Shown here: positions 1-13,000 of the stretch, piece after piece
Numbering within the stretch: the first letter of the stretch is position 1
Layout: each line of letters begins with the position of its first letter
Source of the DNA: Eledone cirrhosa
Taxonomy: Eukaryota
Length of the DNA stretch: 64,000 nucleotides
Direction: 5' to 3'
Assembly: GCA_964016885.1 (NCBI GenBank)
Contig: OZ024742.1
Span: forward strand, 376,340,001-376,404,000
Program-made: the position numbers and the translations under genes
The notes under the pieces: model-generated
Database searches by the model: none
What the model was told of the DNA's origin: nothing
The model's input: the letters and a program-made list of their open reading frames with translations, nothing else

Positions 1-499
1 GTAAATGTTATGTGAGATAAAGCCTTTACAGTGAAAATACAATAGTATAGAGTACTGTAAATGTTATGTGAGATAAAGCCTTTACAGTGAAAATACAATA
101 GTATATAGAAAAGTTAATGTTATGTGTAATATTGTGTGAGATAAAGCCTTTACAGTGAAAGTACAATAGTATAGAGTAATGTAAATGTTATGTGAGATAA
201 AGCATTTACAGTGAAAATACACTAGTATAGAGTAATGTAAATGCTATGTGAGATAAAGCCTTTACAGTGAAAATACAGTAGTATAGAGTAATGTAAATGT
301 TATGTGAGATAAAGCCTTTACAGTGAAAATACAATAGTATAGAGTAATGTAAATGTTATGTGAGATAAAGCCTTCACAGTGAAAATACAATAGTATAGAG
401 TAATGTAAATGTTATGTGAGATAAAGCCTTTACAGTGAAAATGCAATAGTATAGAGTAACGTAAATGTTAGGTGAGATAAAGCCTTTACAGTGAAAATA

Positions 500-3000
500 C
501 AATAGTATAGAGTAATGTAAATGTTATATGAGATAAAGCCTTTACAGTGAAAATACAATAGTATAGAGTAATGTAAATGTTATGTGAGATAAAGCCTTTA
601 CAGTGAAAATACAATAGTATAGAGTAATGTAAATGTTATGTGTAATATTATGTGAGATAAAGCCTTTTCAGTGAAAATACAATAGTATAGAGTAATGTAA
701 ATGTTATGTGTAATATTATGTGAGGTAAAGCCTTTACAGTGAAAATACAATAGTATAGAGTAATGTAAATGTTATGTGAGATAAAGCCTTTACAGTGAAA
801 ATACAATAGTATAGAGTAATGTAAATGTTATGTGAGATAAAGCCTTTACAGTGAAAATACAATAGTATAGAGTAACGTAAATGTTAGGTGAGATAAAGCC
901 TTTACAGTGAAAATACAATAGTATAGAGTAATGTAAATGTTATGTGAGATAAAGCCTTTACAGTGAAAATACAATAGTATAGAGTAATCTAAATGTTATG
1001 TGAGATAAAGCCTTTACAGTGAAAATACAATAGTATAGAGTAACGTAAATGTTAGGTGAGATAAATCCTTTACAGTGAAAATACGATAGTATAGAGTAAT
1101 GTAAATGTTATGTGAGATAAAGCCTTTACAGTGAAAATACAATAGTATAGAGTAATGTAAATGTTATGTGAGATAAAGCCTTCACTGTGAAAATACAATA
1201 GTATAGAGTAATGTAAATGCTATGTGAGATAAAGCCTTTACAGTGAAAATACAATCGTATAGAATAATGTAAATGTTATGTGAGATAAAGCCTTTACAGT
1301 GAAAATACAATAGTATAGAGTAATGTAAATGCTATGTGAGATAAAGCCTTTACAGTGAAAATACAGTAGTATAGAGTAATGTATATGTTTGGTGAGATAA
1401 AGCCTTTACAGTGAAAATACAATAGTATAGAGTAATGTAAATGTTATGTGAGATAAAGCCTTTACAGTGAAAATACAATAGTATAGAGTAATGTAAGTGT
1501 TATGTGAGATAAAGCCTTTACAGTGAAAATACAATAGTATAGAGTAATGTAAATGTTATGTGAGATAAAGCCTTTACATTGAAGATACAATGGTATAGAG
1601 TAATGTAAATCTTAAGTGAGATAAAGCCTTTACAGTGAAAATACAATAGTATAGAGTAATGTAAATGTTATGTGAGATAAAGCCTTTACAGTGAAAATAC
1701 AATAGTATAGAGTAATGTAAATGTTATGTGAGATAAAGCCTTTACAGTGAAAATACAATAGTATAGAGTAATGTAAATGTTATGTGAGATAAAGCCTTTA
1801 CAGTGAAAATACAATAGTATAGAGTAATGTAAATGTTATGTGAGATAAAGCCTTTAGAGTGAAAATACAATAGTATAGAGTAATGTAAATGTTATGTGAG
1901 ATAAAGCCTTTACAGTGAAAATACAATAGTATAGAGTAATGTAAATGCTATGTAATATTATGTGAGATAAAGCCTTTACAGTGAAAATATAATAGTATAG
2001 AGTAATGTAAATGCTAGGTGTAATATTATGTGTGATAAAGCCTTTACAGTGAAAATACAATAGTATAGAGTAATGTAAATGTTATATGAGATAAAGCCTT
2101 TACAGTGAAAATACAATAGTATAGAGTAATGTAAATGCTATGTGAGATAAATCCTTTACAGTGAAAATACAATAGTATAGAGTAATGTAAATGTTATGTG
2201 AGATAAAGCCTTTACAGTGAAAATACAATAGTATAGAGTAATGTAAATGATATGTGAGATAAAGCCTTTACAGTGAAAATACAATAGTATAGAGTAATGT
2301 AAATGCTATGTGAGATAAAGCCTTTACAGTGAAAATACAATAGTATAGAGTAATGTAAATGTTATATGAGATAAAGCCTTTACAGTGAAAATACAATAGT
2401 ATAGAGTAATGTAAATGTTATGTGAGATAAAGCCTTTACAGTGAAAATACAATAGTATAGAGTAATGTAAATGTTATGTGTAATATTATGTGAGATAAAG
2501 CCTTTTCAGTGAAAATACAATAGTATAGAGTAATGTAAATGTTATGTGTAATATTATGTGAGGTAAAGCCTTTACAGTGAAAATACAATAGTATAGAGTA
2601 ATGTAAATGTTATGTGAGATAAAGCCTTTACAGTGAAAATACAATAGTATAGAGTAATGTAAATGTTATGTGAGATAAAGCCTTTACAGTGAAAATACAA
2701 TAGTATAGAGTAACGTAAATGTTAGGTGAGATAAAGCCTTTACAGTGAAAATACAATAGTATAGAGTAATGTAAATGTTATGTGAGATAAAGCCTTTACA
2801 GTGAAAATACAATAGTATAGAGTAATCTAAATGTTATGTGAGATAAAGCCTTTACAGTGAAAATACAATAGTATAGAGTAATGTAAATGTTAGGTGAGAT
2901 AAATCCTTTACAGTGAAAATACGATAGTATAGAGTAATGTAAATGTTATGTGAGATAAAGCCTTTACAGTGAAAATACAATAGTATAGAGTAATGTAAAT
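500..3000 (+). repeat. Direct duplication of a ~0.65-kb monomer block, offset 1838 bp (~500-1150 and ~2340-2990)
   Basis: The same ordered rare variants appear in both: GTTATATGAG (523/2361), GAGGTAAAG, AACGT..TTAGG, AGAGTAATCT (981/2819), AAATCC..TACGAT. 1838 = 28x56 + 3x68 + 1x66. Confidence 0.85.
643..654 (+). repeat. Representative 12-bp insert (TAATATTATGTG) defining the 68-bp long monomer
   Basis: GTTATGTG-TAATATTATGTG-AGATAAAG here, versus GTTATGTG-AGATAAAG in the short monomer. The same insert recurs throughout the window (31 of 210 monomers in five counted blocks, including one 66-bp derivative). Confidence 0.97.
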
Positions 3001-6000
3001 GTTATGTGTAATATTATGTCAGGTAAAGCCTTTACAGTGAAAATACAATAGTATAGAGAAATGTAAATGTTATGTGTAATATTATGTGAGATAAAGCCTT
3101 TTCAGTGAAAATACAATAGTATAGAGTAATGTAAATGTTATGTGTAATATTATGTCAGGTAAAGCCTTTACAGTGAAAATACAATAGTATAGAGAAATGT
3201 AAATGTTATGTGTAATATTATGTGAGATAAAGCCTTTACAGTGAAAATACAATAGTATAGAGCAATGTAAATGTTATGTGTAATATTATGTGAGATAAAG
3301 CCTTTTCATTGAAAATACAATAGTATAGACTAATGTAAATGTTATGTGAGATAAAACCTTTACAGTGAAAATACAATAGTATAGAGTAATGTAAATGTTA
3401 TGTGTAATATTTTGTGAGATAAAGCCTTTTCAGTGAAAATACAATAGTATAGAGTAATGTAAATGTTATGTGAGATAAAGCCTTTACAGTGAAAATACAA
3501 TAGTATAGAGTAATGTAAATGTTATATTTAATATTATGTGAGATAAAGCCTTTACAGTGAAAATACAATAGTATAGAGTAATGTAAATGTTATATGTAAT
3601 ATTATGTGAGATAAAGCCTTTACAGTGAAAATACAATAGTATAGAGTAATGTAAATGTTATGTGTAATATTTTGTGAGATAAAGCCTTTTCAGTGAAAAT
3701 ACAATAGTATAGAGTAATGTAAATGTTATGTGAGATAAAGCCTTTACAGTGAAAATACAATAGTATAGAGTAATGTAAATGCTATGTGTAATATTATGTG
3801 AGATAAAGCCTTTACAGTGAAAATACAATAGTATAGAGTAATGTAAATGTCATGTGAGATAAAGCCTTTACAGTGAAAATACAATAGTATAGAGTAATGT
3901 AAATGTTATGTGAGATAAAGCCTTTACAGTGAAAATACAATAGTATAGAGTAATGTAAATGTTATGTGAGATAAAGCCTTTACAGTGAAAATACAATAGT
4001 ATAGAGTAATGTAAATGATATGTGAGATAAAGCCTTTACAGTGAAAATACAATAGTATAGAGTAATGTAAATGCTATGTGAGATAAAGCCTTTACAGTGA
4101 AAATACAATAGTATAGAGTAATGTAAATGTTATGTGAGATAAAGCCTTTACAGTGAAAATACAATAGTGTAGAGTAATGTAAATGCTATGTGTAATATTA
4201 TGTGAGATAAAGCCTTTACAGTGAAAATATAATAGTATAGAGTAATGTAAATGCTAGGTGTAATATTATGTGAGATAAAGCCTTTACAGTGAAAATACAA
4301 TAGTATAGAGTAATGTAAATGTTATGTGAGATAAAGCCTTTACAGTGAAAATACAATAGTATAGAGTAATGTAAATGTTATGTGAGATAAAGCCTTTACA
4401 GTGAAAATGCAATAGTATAGAGTAATGTAAATGCTATGTGAGATAAAGCCTTTACAGTGAAAATACAATAGTATAGAGTAATGTAAATGCTATGTGAGAT
4501 AAAGCCTTTACAGTGAAAATACAATAGTATAGAGTAATGTAAATGTTATGTGAGATAAAGCCTTTACAGTGAAAATACAATAGTATAGAGTAATGTAAAT
4601 GCTATGTGAGATAAAGCCTTTACAGTGAAAATACAATAGTATAGAGTAATGTAAATGCTATGTGAGATAAAGCCTTTACAGTGAAAATACAATAGTATAG
4701 AGTAATGTAAATGCTATGTGAGATAAAGCCTTTACAGTGAAAATACAGTAGTATAGAGTAATGTAAATGTTATGTGAGATAAAGCCTTTACAGTGAAAAT
4801 ACAATAGTATAGAGTAATGTAAATGTTATGTGAGATAAAGCCTTTACAGTGAAAATACAATAGTATAGAGTAACGTAAATGTTAGGTGAGATAAAGCCTT
4901 TACAGTGAAAATACAATAGTATAGAGTAATGTAAATGTTATGTGAGATAAAGCCTTTACCATGAAAATACAATAGTATAGAGTAATGTAAATGTTATATG
5001 TAATATTATGTGAGATAAAGCCTTTACAGTGAAAGTACAATAGTATAGAGTAATGTAAATGTTATGTGAGATAAAGCCTTTACAGTGAAAATACAATAGT
5101 ATAGAGTAATGTAAATGTTATGTGAGATAAAGCCTTTACAGTGAAAATACAATAGTATAGAGAAATGTAAATGTTATGTGTAATATTATGTGAGATAAAG
5201 CCTTTACAGTGAAAATACAATAGTATAGAGTAATGTAAATATTATGTGTAATATTATGTGAGATAAAGCCTTTTCAGTGAAAATACAATAGTATAGAGTA
5301 ATGTAAATGTTATGTGAGATAAAACCTTTACAGTGAAAATACAATAGTATAGAGTAATGTAAATGTTATTTGTAATATTATGTGAAATAAAGCCTTTTCA
5401 GTGAAAATACAATAGTATAGAGTAATGTAAATGTTACGTGAGATAAAGCCTTTACAGTGAAAATACAATAGTATAGAGTAATGTAAATGCTATGTGAGAT
5501 AAAGCCTTTACAGTGAAAATACAATAGTATAGAGTAATGTAAATGCTATGTGAGATAAAGCCTTTACAGTGAAAATACAATAGTATAGAGTAATGTAAAT
5601 GCAATGTGAGATAAAGCCTTTACAGTGAAAATACAATAGTATAGAGTAATGTAAATGCTATGTGAGATAAAGCCTTTACAGTGAAAATAAAATAGCATAG
5701 AGTAATGTAAATGCTATGTGAGATAAAGTCTTTACAGTGAAAATACAATAGTATAGAGTAATGTAAATGTTATGTGAGATAAAGCCTTTACAGTGAAAAT
5801 ACAATAGTGTAGAGTAATGTAAATGCTATGTGTAATATTATGTGAGATAAAGCCTTTACAGTGAAAATATAATAGTATAGAGTAACGTAAATGCTAGGTG
5901 TAATATTATGTGAGATAAAGCCTTTACAGTGAAAATACAATAGTATAGAGTAATGTAAATGTTATGTGAGATAAAGCCTTTACAGTGAAAATACAATAGT

Positions 6001-9000
6001 ATAGAGTAATGTAAATGTTATGTGAGATAAAGCCTTTAGAGTGAAAATACAATAGTATAGAGTAATGTAAATGTTATGTGAGATAAAGCCTTTACAGTGA
6101 AAATACAATAGTATAGAGTAATGTAAATGCTATGTGTAATATTATGTGAGATAAAGCCTTTACAGTGAAAATATAATAGTATAGAGTAATGTAAATGCAG
6201 GTGTAATATTATGTGTGATAAAGCCTTTACAGTGAAAATACAATAGTATAGAGTAATGTAAATGTTATGTGAGATAAAGCCTTTACAGTGAAAATACAAT
6301 AGTATAGAGTAATGTAAATGATATGTGAGATAAAGCCTTTACAGTGAAAATACAATAGTATAGAGTAATGTAAATGTTATGTGTAATATTATGTGAGATA
6401 AAGCCTTTTCAGTGAAAATACAATAGTATAGAGTAATGTAAATGTTATGTGAGATAAAGCCTTTACAGTCAAAATACAATAGTATAGAGTAATGTAAATG
6501 CTATGTGAGATAAATCCTTTACAGTGAAAATACAATAGTATAGAGTAATGTAAATGTTATGTGAAATAAAGCCTTTACAGTGAAAATACAATAGTATAGA
6601 GTAATGTAAATGTTATGTGAGATAAAGCCTTTACAGTTAAAATACAATAGTATAGAGTAATGTAAATGATATGTGAGATAAAGCCTTTACAGTGAAAATA
6701 CAATAGTATTGAGTAATGTAAATGCTATGTGAGATAAAGCCTTTACAGTGAAAATACAATAGTATAGAGTAATGTAAATGTTATGTGAGATAAAGCCTTT
6801 ACAGTGAAAATACAATAGTGTAGAGTAATGTAAATGCTATGTGTAATATTATGTGAGATAAAGCCTTTACAGTGAAAATATAATAGTATAGAGTAATGTA
6901 AATGCTAGGTGTAATATTATGTGAGATAAAGCCTTTACAGTGAAAATACAATAGTATAGAGTAATGTAAATGTTATGTGAGATAAAGCCTTTACAGTGAA
7001 AATACAATAGTATAGAGTAATGTAAATGTTATGTGAGATAAAGCCTTTACAGTGAAAATGCAATAGTATAGAGTAATGTAAATGCTATGTGAGATAAAGC
7101 CTTTACAGTGAAAATACAATAGTATAGAGTAATGTAAATGCTATGTGAGATAAAGCCTTTACAGTGAAAATACAATAGTATAGAGTAATGTAAATGTTAT
7201 GTGAGATAAAGCCTTTACAGTGAAAATACAATAGTATAGAGTAATGTAAATGCTATGTGAGATAAAGCCTTTACAGTGAAAATACAATAGTATAGAGTAA
7301 TGTAAATGCTATGTGAGATAAAGCCTTTACAGTGAAAATACAATAGTATAGAGTAATGTAAATGCTATGTGAGATAAAGCCTTTACAGTGAAAATACAGT
7401 AGTATAGAGTAATGTAAATGTTATGTGAGATAAAGCCTTTACAGTGAAAATACAATAGTATAGAGTAATGTAAATGTTATGTGAGATAAAGCCTTTACAG
7501 TGAAAATACAATAGTATAGAGTAACGTAAATGTTTGGTGAGATAACGCCTTTACAGTGAAAATACAATAGTATAGAGTAATGTAAATGTTATGTGAGATA
7601 AAGCCTTTACCATGAAAATACAATAGTATAGAGTAATGTAAATGTTATGTGTAATATTATGTGAGATAAAGCCTTTACAGTGAAAGTACAATAGTATAGA
7701 GTAATGTAAATGTTATGTGAGATAAAGCCTTTACAGTGAAAATACAATAGTATAGAGTAATGTAAATGTTATGTGAGATAAAGCCTTTACAGTGAAAATA
7801 CAATAGTATAGAGAAATGTAAATGTTATGTGTAATATTATGTGAGATAAAGCCTTTACAGTGAAAATACAATAGTATAGAGTAATGTAAATGTTATGTGT
7901 AATATTATGTGAGATAAAGCCTTTTCAGTGAAAATACAATAGTATAGAGTAATGTAAATGTTATGTGAGATAAAACCTTTACAGTGAAAATACAATAGTA
8001 TAGAGTAATGTAAATGTTATTTGTAATATTATGTGAAATAAAGCCTTTTCAGTGAAAATACAATAGTATAGAGTAATGTAAATGTTATGTGAGATAAAGC
8101 CTTTACAGTGAAAATACAATAGTATAGAGTAATGTAAATGCTATGTGAGATAAAGCCTTTACAGTGAAAATACAATAGTATAGAGTAATGTAAATGCTAT
8201 GTGAGATAAAGCCTTTACAGTGAAAATACAATAGTATAGAGTAATGTAAATGCAATGTGAGATAAAGCCTTTACAGTGAAAATACAATAGTATAGAGTAA
8301 TGTAAATGCTATGTGAGATAAAGCCTTTACAGTGAAAATAAAATAGCATAGAGTAATGTAAATGCTATGTGAGATAAAGTCTTTACAGTGAAAATACAAT
8401 AGTATAGAGTAATGAAAATGCTATGTGAGATAAAGCCTTTACAGTGAAAATACAATAGTATAGAGTAATGTAAATGTTATGTGAGATAAAGCCTTTACAG
8501 TGAAAATACAATAGTGTAGAGTAATGTAAATGTTATGTGAGATAAAGCCTTTACAGTGAAAATACAATAGTGTAAAGTAATGTAAATGCTATGTGAGATA
8601 AAGCCTTTACAGTGAAAATACAATAGTATAGAGTAATGTAAATGCTATGTGAGATAAAGCCTTTACAGTGAAAATACAATAGTATAGAGTAATGTAAATG
8701 TTATGTGAGATAAAGCCTTTACAGTGAAAATACAATAGTGTAGAGTAATGTAAATGCTATGTGTAATATTATGTGAGATAAAGCCTTTACAGTGAAAATA
8801 CAATAGTATAGAGTAATGTAAATGCTATGTGTAATATTATGTGAGATAAAGCTTTTACAGTGAAAATACAATAGTATAGAGTAATGTAAATGCTATGTCA
8901 GATAAAGCCTTTACAGTGAAAATACAATAGAATAGAGTAATGTAAATGTTATGTGAGATAAAGCCTTTACAGTGAAAATACAATAGTATAGAGTAATGTA

Positions 9001-9245
9001 AATGCTATGTGTAATATTATGTGAGATAAAGTCTTTACAGTGAAAATATAATAGTATAGAGTAATGTAAATGCTAGGTGTAATATTATGTGAGATAAAGC
9101 CTTTACAGTGAAAATACAATAGTATAGAGTAATGTAAATGGTATGTGAGATAAAGCCTTTAAAGTGAAAATACAATAGTATAGAGCAATGTAAATGATAT
9201 GTGAGATAAAGCCTTTACAGTGAAAATACAATAGTATAGAGTAAT

Positions 9246-10085
9246 GTAAATGTTATGTGAGATAAAGCCTTTACAGTGAAAATACAATAGTATAGAGTAA
9301 TGTAAATGTTATGTGAGATAAAGCCTTTACAGTGAAAATACAATAGTATAGAGTAATGTAAATGCTATGTGAGATAAAGCCTTTACAGTGAAAATACAAT
9401 AGTATAGAGTAATGTAAATGTTATGTGAGATAAAGCCTTTACAGTGAAAATACAATAGTATAGAGTAATGTAAATGCTATGTGAGATAAAGCCTTTACAG
9501 TGAAAATACAATAGTATAGAGTAATGTAAATGTTATGTGAGATAAAGCCTTTACAGTGAAAATACAATAGTATAGAGTAATGTAAATGTTATGTGAGATA
9601 AAGCCTTTACAGTGAAAATACAATAGTATAGAGTAATGTAAATGCTATGTGAGATAAAGCCTTTACAGTGAAAATACAATAGTATAGAGTAATGTAAATG
9701 TTATGTGAGATAAAGCCTTTACAGTGAAAATACAATAGTATAGAGTAATGTAAATGCTATGTGAGATAAAGCCTTTACAGTGAAAATACAATAGTATAGA
9801 GTAATGTAAATGTTATGTGAGATAAAGCCTTTACAGTGAAAATACAATAGTATAGAGTAATGTAAATGTTATGTGAGATAAAGCCTTTACAGTGAAAATA
9901 CAATAGTATAGAGTAATGTAAGTGCTATGTGAGATAAAGCCTTTACAGTGAAAATACAATAGTATAGAGTAATGTAAATGTTATGTGAGATAAAGCCTTT
10001 ACAGTGAAAATACAATAGTATAGAGTAATGTAAATGCTATGTGAGATAAAGCCTTTACAGTGAAAATACAATAGTATAGAGTAAT
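9246..10085 (+). repeat. Three tandem copies of a 5-monomer (280-bp) unit defined by the T/C state at monomer position 8
   Basis: Successive monomers read T,T,C,T,C three times and then T,T. Confidence 0.8.
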
Positions 10086-13000
10086 GTAAATGTTATGTGA
10101 GATAAAGCCTTTACAGTGAAAATACAATAGTATAGAGTAATGTAAGTGTTATGTGAGATAAAGCCTTTACAGTGAAAATACAATAGTATAGAGTAATGTA
10201 AATGTTATGTGAGATAAAGCCTTTACATTGAAGATACAATAGTATAGAGTAATGTAAATCTTAAGTGAGATAAAGCCTTTACAGTGAAAATACAATAGTA
10301 TAGAGTAATGTAAATGTTATGTGAGATAAAGCCTTTACAGTGAAAATACAATAGTATAGAGTAATGTAAGTGTTATGTGAGATAAAGCCTTTACAGTGAA
10401 AATACAATAGTATAGAGTAATGTAAATGTTATGTGAGATAAAGCCTTTACAGTGAAAATACAATAGTATAGATTAATGTAAATGTTATGTGAGATAAAGC
10501 CTTTAGAGTGAAAATACAATAGTATAGAGTAATGTAAATGTTATGTGAGATAAAGCCTTTACAGTGAAAATACAATAGTATAGAGTAATGTAATTGCTAT
10601 GTGTAATATTATGTGAGATAAAGCCTTTACAGTGAAAATATAATAGTATAGAGTAATGTAAATGCTAGGTGTAATATTATGTGAGATAAAGCCTTTACAG
10701 TGAAAATAAAATAGTATATAGTAATGTAAATGTTATGTGAGATAAAGCCTTTACAGTGAAAATACAATAGTATAGAGTAATGTAAATGATATGTGAGATA
10801 AAGCCTTTACAGTGAAAATACAATAGTATAGAGTAATGTAAATGTTATGTGTAATATTATGTGAGATAAAGCCTTTTCAGTGAAAATACAATAGTATAGA
10901 GTAATGTAAATGTTATGTGTAATATTATGTGAGGTAAAGCCTTTATAGTGAAAATACAATAGTATAGAGTAATGTAAATGCTATGTGAGATAAAGCCTTT
11001 ACAGTCAAAATACAATAGTATAGAGTAATGTAAATGCTATGTGAGATAAAGCCTTTACAGTGAAAATACAATAGTATAGAGTAATGTAAATGTTATGTGA
11101 GATAAAGCCTTTACAGTGAAAATACAATAGTATAGAGTAATGTAAATGTTATGTGAGATAAAGCCTTTACAGTTAACATACAATAGTATAGAGTAATGTA
11201 AATGATATCTGAGATAAAGCCTTTACAGTGAAAATACAATAGTATAGAGTAATGTAAATGCTATCTGAGATAAAGCCTTTACAGTGAAAATACAATAGTA
11301 TAGAGTAATGTAAATGTTATGTGAGATAAAGCCTTTACAGTGAAAATACAATAGTGTAGAGTAATGTAAATGCTATGTGTAATATTATGTGAGATAAAGC
11401 CTTTACAGTGAAAATACAATAGTATAGAGTAATGTAAATGCTATGTGTAATATTATGTGAGATAAAGCCTTTACAGTGAAAATACAATAGTATAGAGTAA
11501 TGTAAATGTTATGTGAGATAAAGCCTTTACAGTGAAAATACAATAGTATAGAGTAATGTAAATGCTATAATTAATATTATGTGAGATAAAGCCTTTACAG
11601 TGAAAATATAATAGTATAGAGTAATGTAAATGCTAGGTGTAATATTATGTGAGATAAAGCCTTTACAGTGAAAATACAATAGTATAGAGTAATGTAAATG
11701 TTATGTGAGATAAAGCCTTTACAGTGAAAATACAATAGTATAGAGTAATGTAAATGTTATGTGAGATAAAGCCTTTACAGTGAAAATGCAATAGTATAGA
11801 GTAATGTAAATGCTATGTGAGATAAAGCCTTTACAGTGAAAATACAATAGTATAGAGTAATGTAAATGCTATGTGAGATAAAGCCTTTACAGTGAAAATA
11901 CAATAGTATAGAGTAATGTAAATGTTATGTGAGATAAAGCCTTTACAGTGAAAATACAATAGTATAGAGTAATGTAAATGCTATGTGAGATAAAGCCTTT
12001 ACAGTGAAAATACAATAGTATAGAGTAATGTAAATGCTATGTGAGATAAAGCCTTTACAGTGAAAATACAATAGTATAGAGTAATGTAAATGCTATGTGA
12101 GATAAAGCCTTTACATTGAAAATACAGTAGTATAGAGTAATGTAAATGTTATGTGAGATAAAGCCTTTACAGTGAAAATACAATAGTATAGAGTAATGTA
12201 AATGTTATGTGAGATAAAGCCTTTACAGTGAAAATACAATAGTATAGAGTAACGTAAATGTTAGGTGAGATAAAGCCTTTACAGTGAAAATACAATAGTA
12301 TAGAGTAATGTAAATGTTATGTGAGATAAAGCCTTTACAGTGAAAATACAATAGTATAGAGTAATGTAAATGTTATGTGAGATAAAGCCTTTACAGTGAA
12401 AATACAATAGTATAGAGTAATGTAAATGTTATGTGTAATATTACGTGAGATAAAGCCTTTACAGTGAAAGTACAATAGTATAGAGTAATGTAAATGTTAT
12501 GTGAGATAAAGCCTTTACAGTGAAAATACAATAGTATAGAGTAATGTAAATGTTATGTGAGATAAAGCCTTTACAGTGAAAATACAATAGTATAGAGAAA
12601 TGTAAATGTTATGTGTAATATTATGCGAGATAAAGCCTTTACAGTGAAAATACAATAGTATAGAGTAATGTAAATGTTATGTGAGATAAAACCTTTACAG
12701 TGAAAATACAATAGTATAGAGTAATGTAAATGTTATTTGTAATATTATGTGAAATAAAGCCTTTTCAGTGAAAATACAATAGTATAGAGTAATGTAAATG
12801 TTACGTGAGATAAAGCCTTTACAGTGAAAATACAATAGTATAGAGTAATGTAAATGCTATGTGAGATAAAGCCTTTACAGTAAAAATACAATAGTATAGA
12901 ATAATGTAAATGCTATGTGAGATAAAGCCTTTACAGTGAAAATACAATAGTATAGAGTAATGTAAATGCAATGTGAGATAAAGCCTTTACAGTGAAAATA

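Noticed and set aside
180-187. TGTAAATG resembling the Pumilio element (UGUAHAUA) or a forkhead site (RTAAAYA)
   Set aside because: It mismatches the last conserved base of both motifs, and there is no evidence of transcription or binding.
375-1189. CACAGTG / CACTGTG matching the RAG recombination signal heptamer or Transib termini
   Set aside because: There is no ACAAAAACC-like nonamer at 12 or 23 bp and no gene segments or transposase. The motifs are 1-2 base variants of the satellite consensus.
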